A DNA stretch of 63,490 bases, the filler included, from Squatina squatina (taxonomy: Eukaryota): assembly GCA_031763465.1 (NCBI GenBank). It is 4 parts of 4 records of this genome, joined end to end, with 100 filler letters (N's around TTAATTAATTAA, not from the genome) between each part and the next. Parts side by side here need not be neighbours in the genome. Positions count along the whole stretch, not along the records: positions 47,352 to 63,490 come from JARFOE010000194.1; 3 more parts are not named here. One strand, written 5' to 3'. Of the stretch, positions 49,700-62,544 are shown in pieces (the stretch's first letter is position 1; every line of letters begins with the position of its first letter). The position numbers and the translations under genes were made by a program. A model generated the notes under the pieces. It searched no databases, had not been told where the DNA came from, and saw only the letters and a list, made by a program, of their open reading frames with translations.

Positions 49700-50760
49700 G
49701 ACTATCTTGCCCCCTCCTGCCCCAGGGAGCTTGTCCAGTGGATGGAGCCCCTGGTCTCCCTTTCCAGCATTCTCATACCATGTGACCCGGTTTCCCAACA
49801 TTATAACAATTCTCTGATCTCTGCTGAGCTAAACCTCCCTTCCCTCTACCGTTATCCTGATAGGGCCATGGTATTTCTGCTGCTGCCAGACCTTTGACCT
49901 TTTCCTGGACTCGTGCTTTTTCTGAGACGGTCAATTCCTGTGCGCGTATGATCGTTTTGATAACCGACTGCCAGAGTTCACCTTCGTGGATTGAAACTCC
50001 ACATGCCATCTGCAGAGGTGCAGCCAACTGGCTCAAAAACATGGCTTTAAAGGGCACATCGTTGCTGGTGGGTTGTACCAGCTGGGGTGCAGGACCATCT
50101 CCTACTGATACCAGTGCTGCAGCTGCCTGGTTTGCCATGTTATTTCATTCCATTCCCAAATTGTACACTTTAAACAGTTGGGATGCAGATGGCCATAGAA
50201 GGTCTGAAAATCTTGTTCTAACTGGCAGAACTGCATTGTTATAATTGCCTGTGTGGGTCACTAATGCCTATTCTCTATTGGGGTATGGGGGTGACTCATC
50301 ATCTCTATGATAATAAGCCACCTCATACTCCTGGGAGTCCCAATCTATGTCATTGCCATCATCCCCCAGCCAGGTTGTCAAACTTTTAACTACCCATTAT
50401 GTGTAGGTAGTCCTCAATTGAGCTCCTGTAGTTTTTACAAGGCAAACTCAAAACCTCAACCCTAATACATAACAAGGGCCATTCTCAAATACCCATTCCA
50501 TGCATATTGCAAGGGCCATTCTTTGCATTTGAATCTGGGCCATGAATGTGTTAGGTACTTGACCACAGTCCCCAGCACATTTGAATTTGCCTGATGTCCT
50601 CACCCCATACAGGAGGAAATGGACTTCCCTTCATTTTAACCTGCATAAAAGTACTTCACAACTGGTTTCTTATCTTACCCCCAGTCCTTGTCCTCAAACT
50701 CGCATCCACCGGCAATTGCTGCCAATGTTTGAGTTATACAAGACACTATGATAATATGAA
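49700..50760 (-). mobile_element. LTR retroelement or ERV remnant: LTR end, PBS and decayed gag
   Basis: ...AAACA then TTGGCAGC at 50725 (LTR/PBS junction). The ORF at 49773-50138 ends in a degenerate CCHC knuckle, CYNVGKPGHMV*EC. Confidence 0.7.
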
Positions 50761-52224
50761 TGTCGATGATGGAGTCCTCTGTAACCATTCCCCATAGGAT
50801 ATATTTTGTTGGCAAAGTATCGTGTACTTTAATTGGATCACATTCTAAGAATGAAGCAGTGTTTCATGGAATAGTTCAGAATTCATTTGCATTCTCCATC
50901 CAATCCTTTGTTCTACTTGACTCCATTGCGTAGTTGGAACTGAATCTAATTTCTGTGTTGACTATTTAGATTATGGCAAACTGTCTTTGAATCAACTTTG
51001 AAGGAAGAGGTAACTAGAATTTCAATCTCTTAATGTAAATCAGCAAATCAAAAGTTAAGTTCATTGCCAGACTCTGCACCCATTTAAAATGTTTTTGCTT
51101 AGATACCGACCTTGGTTTTCTTTGACTGAGATACTGCTCCCAGCTCCTCAAAATGGGACAAGAACCAAAAGATGGAGCAGGCCACAATGTGCCTAATTGC
51201 TGATATCACTGCTGAATCCACCAATTAAGGCTTTGGGGGGAGAAATTGGTGAGTGCCGCGCTGGGAGCATTAAGGCTCAGGGGCCGGGATTTGTATTGCC
51301 NNNNNNNNNNNNNNNNNNNNNNNNNNNNNNNNNNNNNNNNNNNNNNNNNNNNNNNNNNNNNNNNNNNNNNNNNNNNNNNNNNNNNNNNNNNNNNNNNNNN
51401 CTTAGCTTTTGTGACAGTTGGGGAAAGGGAAACAAAGCTAATTCTTCAACATGGAAGTCCAATTTTTTAAATCATCCATTATTCATTGTATAGTTTACAA
51501 AAGAAATTAACAGCATTTTAAGATGTATGCATTTTGGGAATTTTCTATTATACCCATTTATATTTAACAAAGTTTGAGAAATACCAAGTCAGTTTATGGT
51601 GCAGTACGGTAGTTTGTATAATGTAATTGTACAAGAAACTGTACAGCACACTGTATATCCACTATTGACTAAAGACAAAAAAAGATACTAGCAGGAAAAA
51701 TATTGAACCAGAAGATACAAAAAAACTCGTCACATCAGCTATCATTTGCTAGTTTTCTATTGAATGTTGTACAAAAGTCAGCTGGCAAATCAAATCAATC
51801 CTTAATATTGGATCCTGCCCCCAGCAAGACCAATGTCAAGTTTGGGATGTATAATTTCTTTGGGAGGGGTGAAAGCAGGGACAGATATATTCCACAGACA
51901 CACCCAATTTAGCACACTAAAACCTTTCTTGCGTAACCCAAATCCTAATGTCTACTCAGAGCAGCAATTGGGGGCCAGTTCTTTATTAATTACCAATCAG
52001 AAAACCTCCTCTCTAACCAGGTACCTAAAGAAACCATATTTATTTTTCCTCTAAAATTATCAAATTGCAATTTTTATGTTTTAAGTTCAGTTAGGAAACA
52101 CCACTGTAAAAACTGCAGTGCACAATAAATGCTGCTTACTTGTAATATAATGAAAGTGTCAAACATTTAATTATAGACGTAATATTAAATTTTGTTCCTC
52201 TTACAGGCAACTTCAGATACATTT

Positions 52225-52821
52225 TTAGCTACTTTTGGGGGTCACAATTTCTTCATACTTTGGAGGATCCTCGCTGTGTTGTGCATTAACACTAACTCTT
52301 ATATTCTCCACCTGCCCAATAGCCTCATCATAGGATGGGGGTTGATCTGAATTTAAGAGCCCAGATGATCCTGCAGGGAGTCCAGTCCCATTGGAGTAAT
52401 CAGCAGCCATAGCCTGCGGCTGCTGTGTACGTGATCTATCAAATGGACTAACAGGGTGCTCATTGTAACCAAAGACAACCACTGATACATTTCTGGTGGG
52501 CTGGTTTGCCTGGTGCTGCGTCTGGGGNNNNNNNNNNNNNNNNNNNNNNNNNNNNNNNNNNNNNNNNNNNNNNNNNNNNNNNNNNNNNNNNNNNNNNNNN
52601 NNNNNNNNNNNNNNNNNNNNNNNNNNNTGCGTCTGGGGATAAGCATTCTGCCTGCGACTTGCCTTTCTCACCTGCCACCTCCAGATAGCAAACAGCATAA
52701 TAATTAGCATGAGAAGGCCTGCCATTAGAGGAGCCACAAGATAAACTGATTCCATATTGACACCAGAGCCACTTCCTTGATCCTCATTTTGTTCCTTTAT
52801 GTAATTTTTCCAGAATACTTT
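52225..52821 (-). CDS. PRRG1: Transmembrane Gla protein (TMG1), last coding exon, interrupted by a 100-N gap
   Basis: ttttcag| acceptor. Encodes KVFWKNY (Gla aromatic stack), a transmembrane helix, and PPSY and PPKY WW-binding motifs, then a stop. PRRG1 is preferred over PRRG3 on CFAP47 linkage and the 10-nt first coding exon. Confidence 0.8.
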   Translation of the reverse strand, partial: KVFWKNYIKEQNEDQGSGSGVNMESVYLVAPLMAGLLMLIIMLFAIWRWQVRKASRRQNAYPQTXXXXXXXXXXXXXXXXXXXXXXXXXXXXXXXXXXPQTQHQANQPTRNVSVVVFGYNEHPVSPFDRSRTQQPQAMAADYSNGTGLPAGSSGLLNSDQPPSYDEAIGQVENIRVSVNAQHSEDPPKYEEIVTPKSS

Positions 52822-53309
52822 CTGAAAAACAAAAATCAGTCTTTTAAATTGATTTACATGAATTTTTAAACATCGCTCAGCAAAAATAATCTTTCTACAC
52901 TTCATTCTAACTTAAAATCTACACAAACACACACACACAGCTTGAGCAAGAAGTTATTTTAATCAAATGCCAGTTGTTCAAAGTTATGAGTTCATAATGA
53001 GAATGAAAAAAGTGATTCAAATTGGAAAAATGCTGCAGGACTTCCTACTGTAAAAGACAGGAATGCAATTAAACAGCTTCCTGTAGTTCAGACAGAACTT
53101 TTGAACCAAAAGCCCTCTCATATCCCTTTAAGGAATCAATCAGTTCTCCAGCTGGCTGTATCTATTACATTAAGTCTGCACTGTCATATATTTTAACAGC
53201 ACAGAGCACTGGTCAGTATCCTGCTCCTTGACTAGCAAAGAATCCTGAAGCCATTTGGGCATTAGCTTGCAAAGCAGTCTGCAGCTGATTGGGAAGAACC
53301 ACAGTTACT

Positions 53310-53576
53310 CCCGGACACAGATTTAAGGTAATTGGCAAAGGAACCAGAAGGGTGATGAGGAGAATTTTTTAGTGCAGTGAGTTGTTTTGATTTGGAATGT
53401 ATGACCTGAATAGGTGATAGAAGAAGATTCAATTGTAACTTTCAAAAGGAAATTTGATATACTTGAAGGAGAAAAAGCAAGGGAGTGGTAAGAGCTATTC
53501 AATTCGTCCCACTCCCCTGCTCTTTCAGGCACAGTGGGCTGAATGGCCTTATTTGCTGGATGATTCGATGATTCTA
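53310..53576 (+). mobile_element. CR1 3' end
   Basis: Resembles the 3' part of the CR1 at ~29170-29459 (TTTAAGGTAATT.GCAAA.GAACCAG...GGGCTGAATGGCCT). Confidence 0.75.
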
Positions 53577-54999
53577 GGTCCTGCTAAGGAGACGGGACAG
53601 CTGGACAATCAACAACAGGGCTCTGAAATATAGCAATCCTGCCTGGCTCAGGAATCCGATTATTTAGTCTGTTAATAAAAAAGGGTAAATTCAGACTTTA
53701 AAATAAAAAAAATATAGGGAGTGAAAGTCCCTTGCGCTTCTGCAGAGGGNNNNNNNNNNNNNNNNNNNNNNNNNNNNNNNNNNNNNNNNNNNNNNNNNNN
53801 NNNNNNNNNNNNNNNNNNNNNNNNNNNNNNNNNNNNNNNNNNNNNNNNNTCCTCATAATGACTGTCTTGGATCTAAAGAGAGTCATGCTTGAGGATTTCT
53901 TTGTCTTGAAACCTTTTATTCTCGTTCGGGGTTGGTTGATCACTCTTTAGGGAAGGCATGTTTCCTATATTTCCCCTAGTGAGGAGCGAGGTAACCATTT
54001 TGCATATTTAATTGATTGTGAAAAATTCTGCGACTGCTTTACAAGTTCCTATTTACACACAGGAAGAAAAGCTTAGGCGGCGTACTTTTTGTTCCGATTA
54101 CTGCCCCATGTAATACAGAATGTGGTTTTAGAAAATGTCATTTTTCTTACTGCATGGAAACCCTTGACTCAGGGCCACTTTTCTGTTACAGAAGCAAAAT
54201 TCCACTTTTCTGTTATACTACTTCAATGACATTCAATGGGGAAACATCCCATTTAAAATCAATGGGTTTGTGATTTCAAACCAGCAAACATCCTGGTTCT
54301 GAGGGACTAGCTTTTATGGCTTTGTCAGTAAGAAACAGAATTTGTTTACAAATGCTAAATTGCTAATTAGTCTTTTCTTTACTCCTCTAGAATGCATACA
54401 CTTTGGGGAAAAAAACTCTAGACTTTGCTTTCCCTTAACACAATCAATCAGAGTTTGCAATATACAGGCAGCATTTCTTGTGCTGGATTTAAAAATGTTC
54501 TTCCCAATCTCTAAACAAGTATCAAGAAACTAAAAGGAAGTAGTGTAATTTATTTATTGCTGAAGGAAATGACTTAGAACTAGATCATAAAAGATTGCGA
54601 AGCCATAATAATCAAAACAAATTACTTGCATGGCTCATAGTTACACCTATTGCAGCAAATTCAAAAAAAAGCCATAGAACAGGAGGATTTTTGTTTCATT
54701 TGGAGGCTGACCATAACTTTTAGCTTTTTCACTCAGTCAAACCTATGCTGTGGTGGGGCAAAAGAAAAAAGGATATTCAACTGCTGACCATAAATGTAAA
54801 AACAGAAGAAAACATAGCAATTAAAATATTAATATTTAATCTCAATTTTGTTACCAATAGGACTTCATTGTACATAGAACTATAAAATGTTTCTTTACCA
54901 GATGAAACTGGAAAGTTGCTATTATATTAATTGAATTACAATTTAGGATTTTAAAAATGTTTGTCACAATACTAAACATTCAGAAGAATCAATACTTAC

Positions 55000-55009
55000 C
55001 ACTCTGCAT
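55000..55009 (-). CDS. PRRG1: PRRG1 start-codon exon (whole exon 55000-55046; coding ATG CAG AGT G)
   Basis: tttttttctggttccag| acceptor, GCCATG Kozak context, and G|gtaagt donor. The 10 coding nt match the recalled M-x-x-V|FL structure. The Gla exon is missing, probably in the gap at 53750-53849. Confidence 0.65.
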
Positions 55010-56219
55010 GGCTTTTTTTTAAATTAGAATAAAAAGTTCAGAAAGTCTGGAACCAGAAAAAAAAAGTACGTAAGTATAGCTGTACTTGTGTACAAATAAA
55101 ACTCTACTTTTCTGTTTGCAATTGCCCAATCCAAAATGAGCAAGGTCCAACACTAATGTCGAGTAGTTTCTAGAATTATCAGAGGAATCGATAGCGGTCA
55201 GAAGTACCGCAAACTGAATGCCCTCCTCCACCCCACTGCAAATTATCATCCACATGATCACCTCTGGCCGACTGCATACTCTCCCTTCATCATGAGCAGG
55301 GCCTTCAGCCATATCCTTCCAAAACCATTTAGTACTGCTCCAAAATCTTCCTTAAGACGTGTCTCTTCGATGGCTCCCTTGACCACCTCCCCTACTGAAG
55401 TGCTTGGCAGCATTTTGCTACATTAGAAGACAAGTTATTCTCATTTATCCAAGATCTGGAATACATTTTCTGTACCCATGAGCTAAAAAAGAGAAACAAT
55501 GTAGGCTGGCATGCCAACAACATGAGGAAGGTATGGCTGTGTAGCAGCTGTTGCACTTGAGGATTGTCAGTTATGAGTAAGGGTATGTGGTTGGCATTAA
55601 GTCTGCATAGCTAGGATTTTGTTTTGGCACCAGCCAACACAGCTGAGTATTGAGCACTAAGATGGATAGCAACTACTTTCCCGTTGGCCAAACCAAATTT
55701 AAGTTTCCTCTTCCAAAACCCTGCTAAAGGCAATGAAAGATGTTGGGGCATCCAACACTGAACACACACCAAAATATGCTCCGCGAGCTGTGGTGAAGCA
55801 ATGCTATTTTTAAAGAAAACATACTTCCCCTCTATCATTGAATTTGTGCCATAAAATATACTTCTTTCTCTTGCTGCCTCCCCTGAACTTTGCTGGGTGC
55901 AGGTCCAGTCCTTGACTTAAATATGTGTGAGCCTACATGGTGAGTGTCAACCAGTTAGTCAGCTGCAGAGGGGATCACAGCTGAGCTCGATCCTGTCCTC
56001 ATCTGACATCCCACAAAGGCACTTTGTGCCAGAGTTTAGGATTGGGCCTCCTTAACTCATTCATTCCCCATTCTAGTCTAAGGATGCCGCAGCCAATTGT
56101 ATTGTTCACTGCCACTCTGNNNNNNNNNNNNNNNNNNNNNNNNNNNNNNNNNNNNNNNNNNNNNNNNNNNNNNNNNNNNNNNNNNNNNNNNNNNNNNNNN
56201 NNNNNNNNNNNNNNNNNNN

Positions 56220-56465
56220 TGATCTCTTTACCCCCACCCCCAACCCCACACTGGCCACCATCATTCCCTCCCCAGCCTCCATACCTTTTTCCCCAGCCCC
56301 TGATGCCTTACTCCCTGGGCCCCAATCGGTCCCTCCCTGGCTCCGATGCCTCCCCGACCCCCGATCACTGCCACCCCGCTGCATCCCTCCTCAGCCTCCC
56401 CAACCTCAGATCGCTGACTCCCTTAGCCACCTGATTCCCATTGACCTCCGTGATCCTAACCCCCT
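56220..56465. repeat. C-rich low-complexity tract
   Basis: Degenerate CCCC(G/C)ATC-type units next to a gap. Confidence 0.5.
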
Positions 56466-56659
56466 AAGATACAACCTGTGGGCCACTGTGCTAGCCATGT
56501 ATAATTATGCTGCATGGGGAGGCCAGTCAACCAAGAATGGGTACTTCCACATTTCTCCATTGTGTCATCAGGGAACCCTTATTCACATTTTAGAGCTATG
56601 TTCCTAAAATACAGGGATTAAACATATCCACTTTGCACATTTTAATTTGGATGCCCATA

Positions 56660-57330
56660 TTAGCCACGATTTTAACTCAAGGCAGCAGTTGGGCAGGCGA
56701 GGGCTGAGCTGGTCAGCAAATTGTCCTAACCTCAGTAGCATGAGGTCCGGGAGATTTTAACTCCTAGGCTTCATTTGTATAGCCTCCGTAAGTCTCATGC
56801 CTGAAATTGGTAGGAAACAGCAGCTGGCCGCAGTCAGGAGCGCAATGTCGAGTGGCAGAAGGTCGCTACTAAGGACTAAAAGATCAAACTTTGGCACTCA
56901 AATAAATTGCAGGGAGGGGTTTGGGTGGCTTAAACGTCCCTTGTGGGGTCTGGACAAGCACTCTTGCTCCTCCTAACGCCACAAGGAAAGTCAAAAAAAG
57001 AAAAAAGATTTTGATTTTTGGGCCTATTCTGGCGTCGACACCTCTTCCTGCTAGGTTGGCTTGGTGGGAATGCCACAACAGTTTCCCTGTGCAGGTCTCT
57101 TATTAAAATAGCAACTGGGCCCCGATGACACCATCAGAGACCTATCTGCATATTTGAAGAAGGACCTGGCAGTTTTCCGGCAGGCGCCCCTCTTGTCTGC
57201 TCAGAAGAGCAGGTTAAAAATCAGAACCTGCAGGATTGGTGTGGGACATCCGCGGGAGAGTTCCATAGTCGATTTTAACTTCTTTCTCACCCATTTTCCG
57301 CTGAGCGAGCAAGGTTAAAATCGCCCCATA
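56660..57330. mobile_element. Non-autonomous DNA transposon (MITE-like)
   Basis: GATTTTAAC at the left and GTTAAAATCGCCCC at the right. Internal motifs are shared with 8086-8330. Confidence 0.45.
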
Positions 57331-57915
57331 TTGTTCTAAAAATCCGTCCTGCTGCTCTCACTCTTTTACGGCACAGTAACTTGAAAATGTAATCCAAAGT
57401 ATAGAAACTTTAAATCAACTTGATTTCATTCTGGAATGTATTGGGGATGTGGAGGCACATTTCTTCACATTTGCACTGATAAATAAAATGCATCTTTAGT
57501 GACATGGTGCACTGATTCATTAACAACATCAACAGTAATACTAATGCTGGTAATAATTAAAATTTGGCTTTAAATAGCAGGTGACTATAGTCACAAAGCT
57601 ATTGAGAAAATGTAGCTTAATGACTGAACAATATTTCAAAAATATGCAAATATTATTTTAAATGTAGTGCAGTATTTTAGAGCAAAATGCTAAACATGCT
57701 TATATTGAAAACTTACACATTTTTTGAATTGCTGGCCAGTCACAGACTTCTGTAGTAGCTCTAGCAGCCCAAATTATTTTACCTAACAATTCCCTTTTCT
57801 TTTTTTTTGGAGAGGGGGGGGGGCGCGGAGGGTAGGAGGGGTGTTGGAGGTTAAAGATAGAATTTTCACTCTAACAATTCTGTGCTTCCTTTCCATTTGT
57901 CCTCTCTCCTGCTAG

Positions 57916-58141
57916 GGTGAAGTTGGAAGGCATTGATGAAACTACTCTGAAAATTAAGGCAAATATAGTTGAGCCGGTTCTGGAACTTCTTGATTTTTCT
58001 GGCCAGAAGATTGGATGTATTCAGTTTGGTGGTGCCTACTATGGAACCTCAAAGCAGGAGAAAGTTATTTTGTATAACAACAGCCCTGAAGCTATTGACT
58101 GGGTGACTGTGATGGAAAACAATGCTGCTGGATCTGAAGTG
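57916..58141 (+). CDS. CFAP47: Cilia- and flagella-associated protein 47, exon, 226 bp
   Basis: ctag| acceptor and GTG|gtaata donor. Encodes KIKANIVEPVLELL...IQFGGAYYGTSK...LYNNSPEAIDWV, similar to the recalled CFAP47 N-terminal ASH region. Confidence 0.88.
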
Positions 58142-58734
58142 GTAATAGCCCTGGAAACTTTTATTGCAGTAATATTTAATTATATGAACAGTACCTGCCT
58201 TTTAATCAGATTATTATCAAGTCTGGTATATTTTCCAGAAATATTGATATCTATTTATTTTATGCTTTGTTTGATCATATTATCAATGGTAAATAATTGT
58301 TAATATGTACTTTATGAATTTATTGCAGTTATAGAATTCTAACACTTCAACCTTCTTCAAAAAGCCATTAGGGAGATTGTACAAAGTTGTGGATCTGGTG
58401 TAGAGTAGTNNNNNNNNNNNNNNNNNNNNNNNNNNNNNNNNNNNNNNNNNNNNNNNNNNNNNNNNNNNNNNNNNNNNNNNNNNNNNNNNNNNNNNNNNNN
58501 NNNNNNNNNTTTCCAGCATTCTCTGTTTTTATTTCAGATTCCAGCATCTGCAGTATTTTGCTCGTGCCTCAGCTTAATAGCAAGTGTTAATCTTGGAAGA
58601 TTTATTACATAGTCAAGCACCTTCTACCCTGCCCCATGTGTGATTGCATTTCACCCATTACAGAGATAATTGTTTGATGCATTTATATTATTTTGCAATT
58701 TTTTTCCTAAATTTGTACTTTTTTTAAACTTCAG

Positions 58735-58951
58735 GCCCATCTACAATTGACTTTGGAACAGTTTGTGTACATTCAACATCAGTGCAGAATTTGAATATTG
58801 TAAACAACTTACCTATGCACATTCTGATTGAGGTGGATTCTGAATGTGCAGAGCTGCGAGAATCTAGCCCATTATCTCAGGTGATCCCACCCATGTCTGC
58901 AGCTTACCTACCACTGATATTTGAAACTACATTACTGGGAGTTTTTCAGAA
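58735..58951 (+). CDS. CFAP47: CFAP47 exon, 217 bp
   Basis: ttcag| acceptor and AA|gtaagt donor. Encodes PSTIDFGTVCVHSTSVQNLNIVNNLPMHILIEVD...LIFETTLLGVFQK. Confidence 0.88.
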
Positions 58952-59401
58952 GTAAGTATTGAAGAAGGCTTGCTTTTCTCTCTCATAGTGAAACAAATTG
59001 GGGTGAAATTGGATATGGACACAGACATAAAATCGGCGAATTCGCTTTTGCTGCNNNNNNNNNNNNNNNNNNNNNNNNNNNNNNNNNNNNNNNNNNNNNN
59101 NNNNNNNNNNNNNNNNNNNNNNNNNNNNNNNNNNNNNNNNNNNNNNNNNNNNNNCGTACAACAAGATTGTTAATTAACTCCTTCTCACGGCACAATACCT
59201 GTTGGGGGTCATGTGTGTTTCAAAATATTCTTCCATCAGACTACAGTGTTCAAATTTGATACCAGAATAAAGGTAAATCAAAAACATATATATTTTTAGA
59301 AAAATTACTTAATAATAAACATCTTTCTGCTACGATGGAAATAATATAAAAGATGCTGATATTTAGCATTTTCTAATTAAATATTTATGATATTTTTTCA
59401 G

Positions 59402-59479
59402 TTAGACATTCGTAATACAAACCTATTGAAACTACGGCTTGGGGGATCAGTGATACGACCAATGGCTGAAATTGATGTG
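59402..59479 (+). CDS. CFAP47: CFAP47 exon, 78 bp
   Basis: ttttcag| acceptor and GTG|gttagt donor. Encodes LDIRNTNLLKLRLGGSVIRPMAEIDV. Confidence 0.75.
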
Positions 59480-60263
59480 GTTAGTATTTGATTGGTATTC
59501 CTTTACTTTGAATCTTAAATATTTTTGATTTCATTGTCCTGCTTCTCGAGTTCACAACAATAAAAATTTACTGGGCCCTTTTTTGAGTGGCTTCCAATAG
59601 TCCCTTTAAGGGCCACTGGTTAGACTACTCAGTGCCTGGTACAAATAGGTGGAGCGTGCNNNNNNNNNNNNNNNNNNNNNNNNNNNNNNNNNNNNNNNNN
59701 NNNNNNNNNNNNNNNNNNNNNNNNNNNNNNNNNNNNNNNNNNNNNNNNNNNNNNNNNNNCCCTGCTCTCTGGAGCTCCCTTCCTAAATCTTCCTGCCTCT
59801 CCAAATCTCTCTGCACCTTTAAAAACCTCCTCAAAATCCATCCTTTGGTATCGCCTTTGGTACCCCCTCCTAACCTCTCCCTTCAGGGCTTGGTGTCTGT
59901 TTTCCTTAGCTTATTTGTGAAGTGCATTGGAACATTTCTTTGCGATATGAATGCAAGTTGTTGTTACAGTAAAACTTGAATCTATACAGCTCCATTGAGA
60001 AGTTTGAATGGGAAAATTATATGGTCATCCTATATACTCTTTCTTGCAAACTTCCATGGAGATTTGGAAGATATGTTTCTGGAAAAAGGGGATTGACAGG
60101 TATGATGAGAAACTAGGAAGCTAAGGTTAAGATCAATCTAAGGGAGGCAGGTTTGTTGGGTCAAGTGATCTTTTTCTCTTACTGAAGTTTTCTAAATTCA
60201 TATTTCTATGACATTCATTATTAACTTTACTTAGTTAAGAACTTCTATGTTTTTTTGTGGCAG

Positions 60264-60476
60264 GTAACAAGAATGCAACACAAATAGTTCTACACTACAA
60301 ATGTAATGACACCTGTACCTTTGATCAAGAACTGAAAATCCCATTGATTAATGAAGCCAGGGAGAAAGCTCTGGCAACTGTAGGACAGCAGCAGATGTCA
60401 CAAATAGAATACAAACGTAGAAAGATCGCTGGGACATTGGAAAGCAGCAGCGTGCGATCTTCAGTTGCAGCTGTTG
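60264..60476 (+). CDS. CFAP47: CFAP47 exon, truncated by a gap
   Basis: ggcag| acceptor. Encodes PLINEAREKALATVGQQQMSQIEYKRRKIAGTLESSSVR, from the C-terminal region. Confidence 0.85.
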
Positions 60477-60576
60477 NNNNNNNNNNNNNNNNNNNNNNNN
60501 NNNNNNNNNNNNNNNNNNNNNNNNNNNNNNNNNNNNNNNNNNNNNNNNNNNNNNNNNNNNNNNNNNNNNNNNNNNN

Positions 60577-60650
60577 TCCAATTGAATGGCGGAGCGGGCT
60601 CGACGGGCCGAATGGCCTACTCCTGCTCCTACTTCTTATGGTCTTATGGT
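60577..60650 (+). mobile_element. CR1 3' tail
   Basis: GGGCCGAATGGCCTACTCCTGCTCCTACTTCTTATGGTCTTATGG. Confidence 0.85.
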
Positions 60651-60983
60651 CTTGTTTGTTTTTAGTTTTGCTTCAGTATTTGAAATTCTGAAATGTGAGC
60701 ACAGCAGCCTTTAGGTACTGATCTGATGACTTACCAAACTACACTGAGCTCGTCACCATGTTATTTGCCATTATGGTATATTTCTTTTATCCAAAAGAGA
60801 TAATTGTGAAATATATTACTTACCAATTAAAAAGTTAATTTTCAGAGATAAAAACTTTTAGTAATAATGCCTAGATACAATGTGATCTTTGCACCTCCTG
60901 AATTGTTGTGCAGCAAACATTTCTAAATGGCAATTAAGTGAGAAGAATTCTAATAGTGACATTGTACATAACTTGTTTTTCAG

Positions 60984-61127
60984 CATAATGAGACCCAAGA
61001 AGACTGGAAAATTAAAGCTGTTCTGGAAGGGAAGAACTTCTTTGGCCCATCAATGCTGTACATACGGGCTTGTGAAACATCGATGTACCCGTTAATGTTC
61101 AAACCAAATTTTGAGTGCGTGACTATG
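60984..61127 (+). CDS. CFAP47: CFAP47 exon, 144 bp
   Basis: ttttcag| acceptor and ATG|gtatga donor. Encodes HNETQEDWKIKAVLEGKNFFGPSMLYIRACETSMYPLMFKPNFECVTM. Confidence 0.85.
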
Positions 61128-62544
61128 GTATGATGTCTGATTATTTTTGCATATTGGTATTGCTGAATGCCTGATAGGCAGTGTAATACAAAATTATTGA
61201 TGTCTGACCACCATTGCTAATGTGAAATCAATCCTCCCATATTTGTCTTCAGTATTCTGTGTTTGAGTCAATAATTAAGAGGGGAATCATTGTGGAGGTT
61301 ACTGCAAGTGTAAAGTATGTACAGCCTCCTCTTATTATTTTCCTTTGATGATAGGAAGTAGCCTATTAAAATATTTGAATTTTCATTGATGGTATTCAGG
61401 GTTTATATTCCTGAAATATGTATTACTATTGGCAAATGGGGAAGAAGCAACATTTGGACAGCAGTTAAGGAATTTAGATGTAGTTTAACAGAAAAGTGTG
61501 ACATTTCTTTTAATAGCTGTGAACGCATACAGCTGGAATGATGCACTGGCAAGCTTAATGTAAGCTCAAGAAACAGCACCTCATCTTTCGATTAGGCACT
61601 TNNNNNNNNNNNNNNNNNNNNNNNNNNNNNNNNNNNNNNNNNNNNNNNNNNNNNNNNNNNNNNNNNNNNNNNNNNNNNNNNNNNNNNNNNNNNNNNNNNN
61701 NTACAGGTTGCCTTTAAATGGCATAAGTGACACTGAATTCCCACCCTTCCAAACAGGTGTGCAGGCAATGAGCAGCATTGTAAATTGGCATCATGCCTGC
61801 CTTATGATAATAACCTCCCAGCGTGAATTTTACCTGGTCCCTGCGACCACATGCACAGGCACCTGCAGTGCCCTGCCCTGTCCACAGTTTTCGGGCACGC
61901 GACCAAATTTCTAGGCCATAAAAGTTTCCTTTGAGCCATTGGAACAGCTCAATGTGCCTTTTAAATGTAAACTATGTTTAATTGTAGCAGAAGAGACTGT
62001 GTATTATGACATCATTGTAAAATATGTTTCTATTTCAAATGCCATCTGTTCTGAATTATCACATTATCTCCACAAAATATAAAAATATCCTAAGATGATG
62101 ATACCATCACATGCGGTCAACTTTAGTTTACACCATGAACATATTGAACATGGCTTGATGACTACTTTAAGACAATATGTAACAGATTTTCAGCACAGCC
62201 TGTGAAGGAAATTCATGGCTCCGCTGGATCCTGGCTGATTTCCCTGCGGCCTCGCTGCACTTCCAGCCAGACATGTACCGCTCACCCTGGGCAAATTCAG
62301 GCCTTGGGTTTCCAAAATTTAAAAATTATTGTGTTTCTGCATACATGGCTATGATATTCTGAGATTCTGTGTAAAAGTGCTGGATCTTTTGGTCCTAGCT
62401 GACCTTCTGTGCTGACCATGAAGAATTTAAGTAGCAGTCTCCACTAATCACACAAAATGTCTATACAGTCAATATAGTGCATTAAAAGAACTAGGCTATA
62501 AAACTCAGCATTGATTTTATGTTTTGATTTCTTCCTGTTCACAG

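Noticed and set aside
61253-61314. Extra CFAP47 exon (cttcag ... gtatgt)
   Set aside because: The peptide does not resemble the expected next CFAP47 segment.
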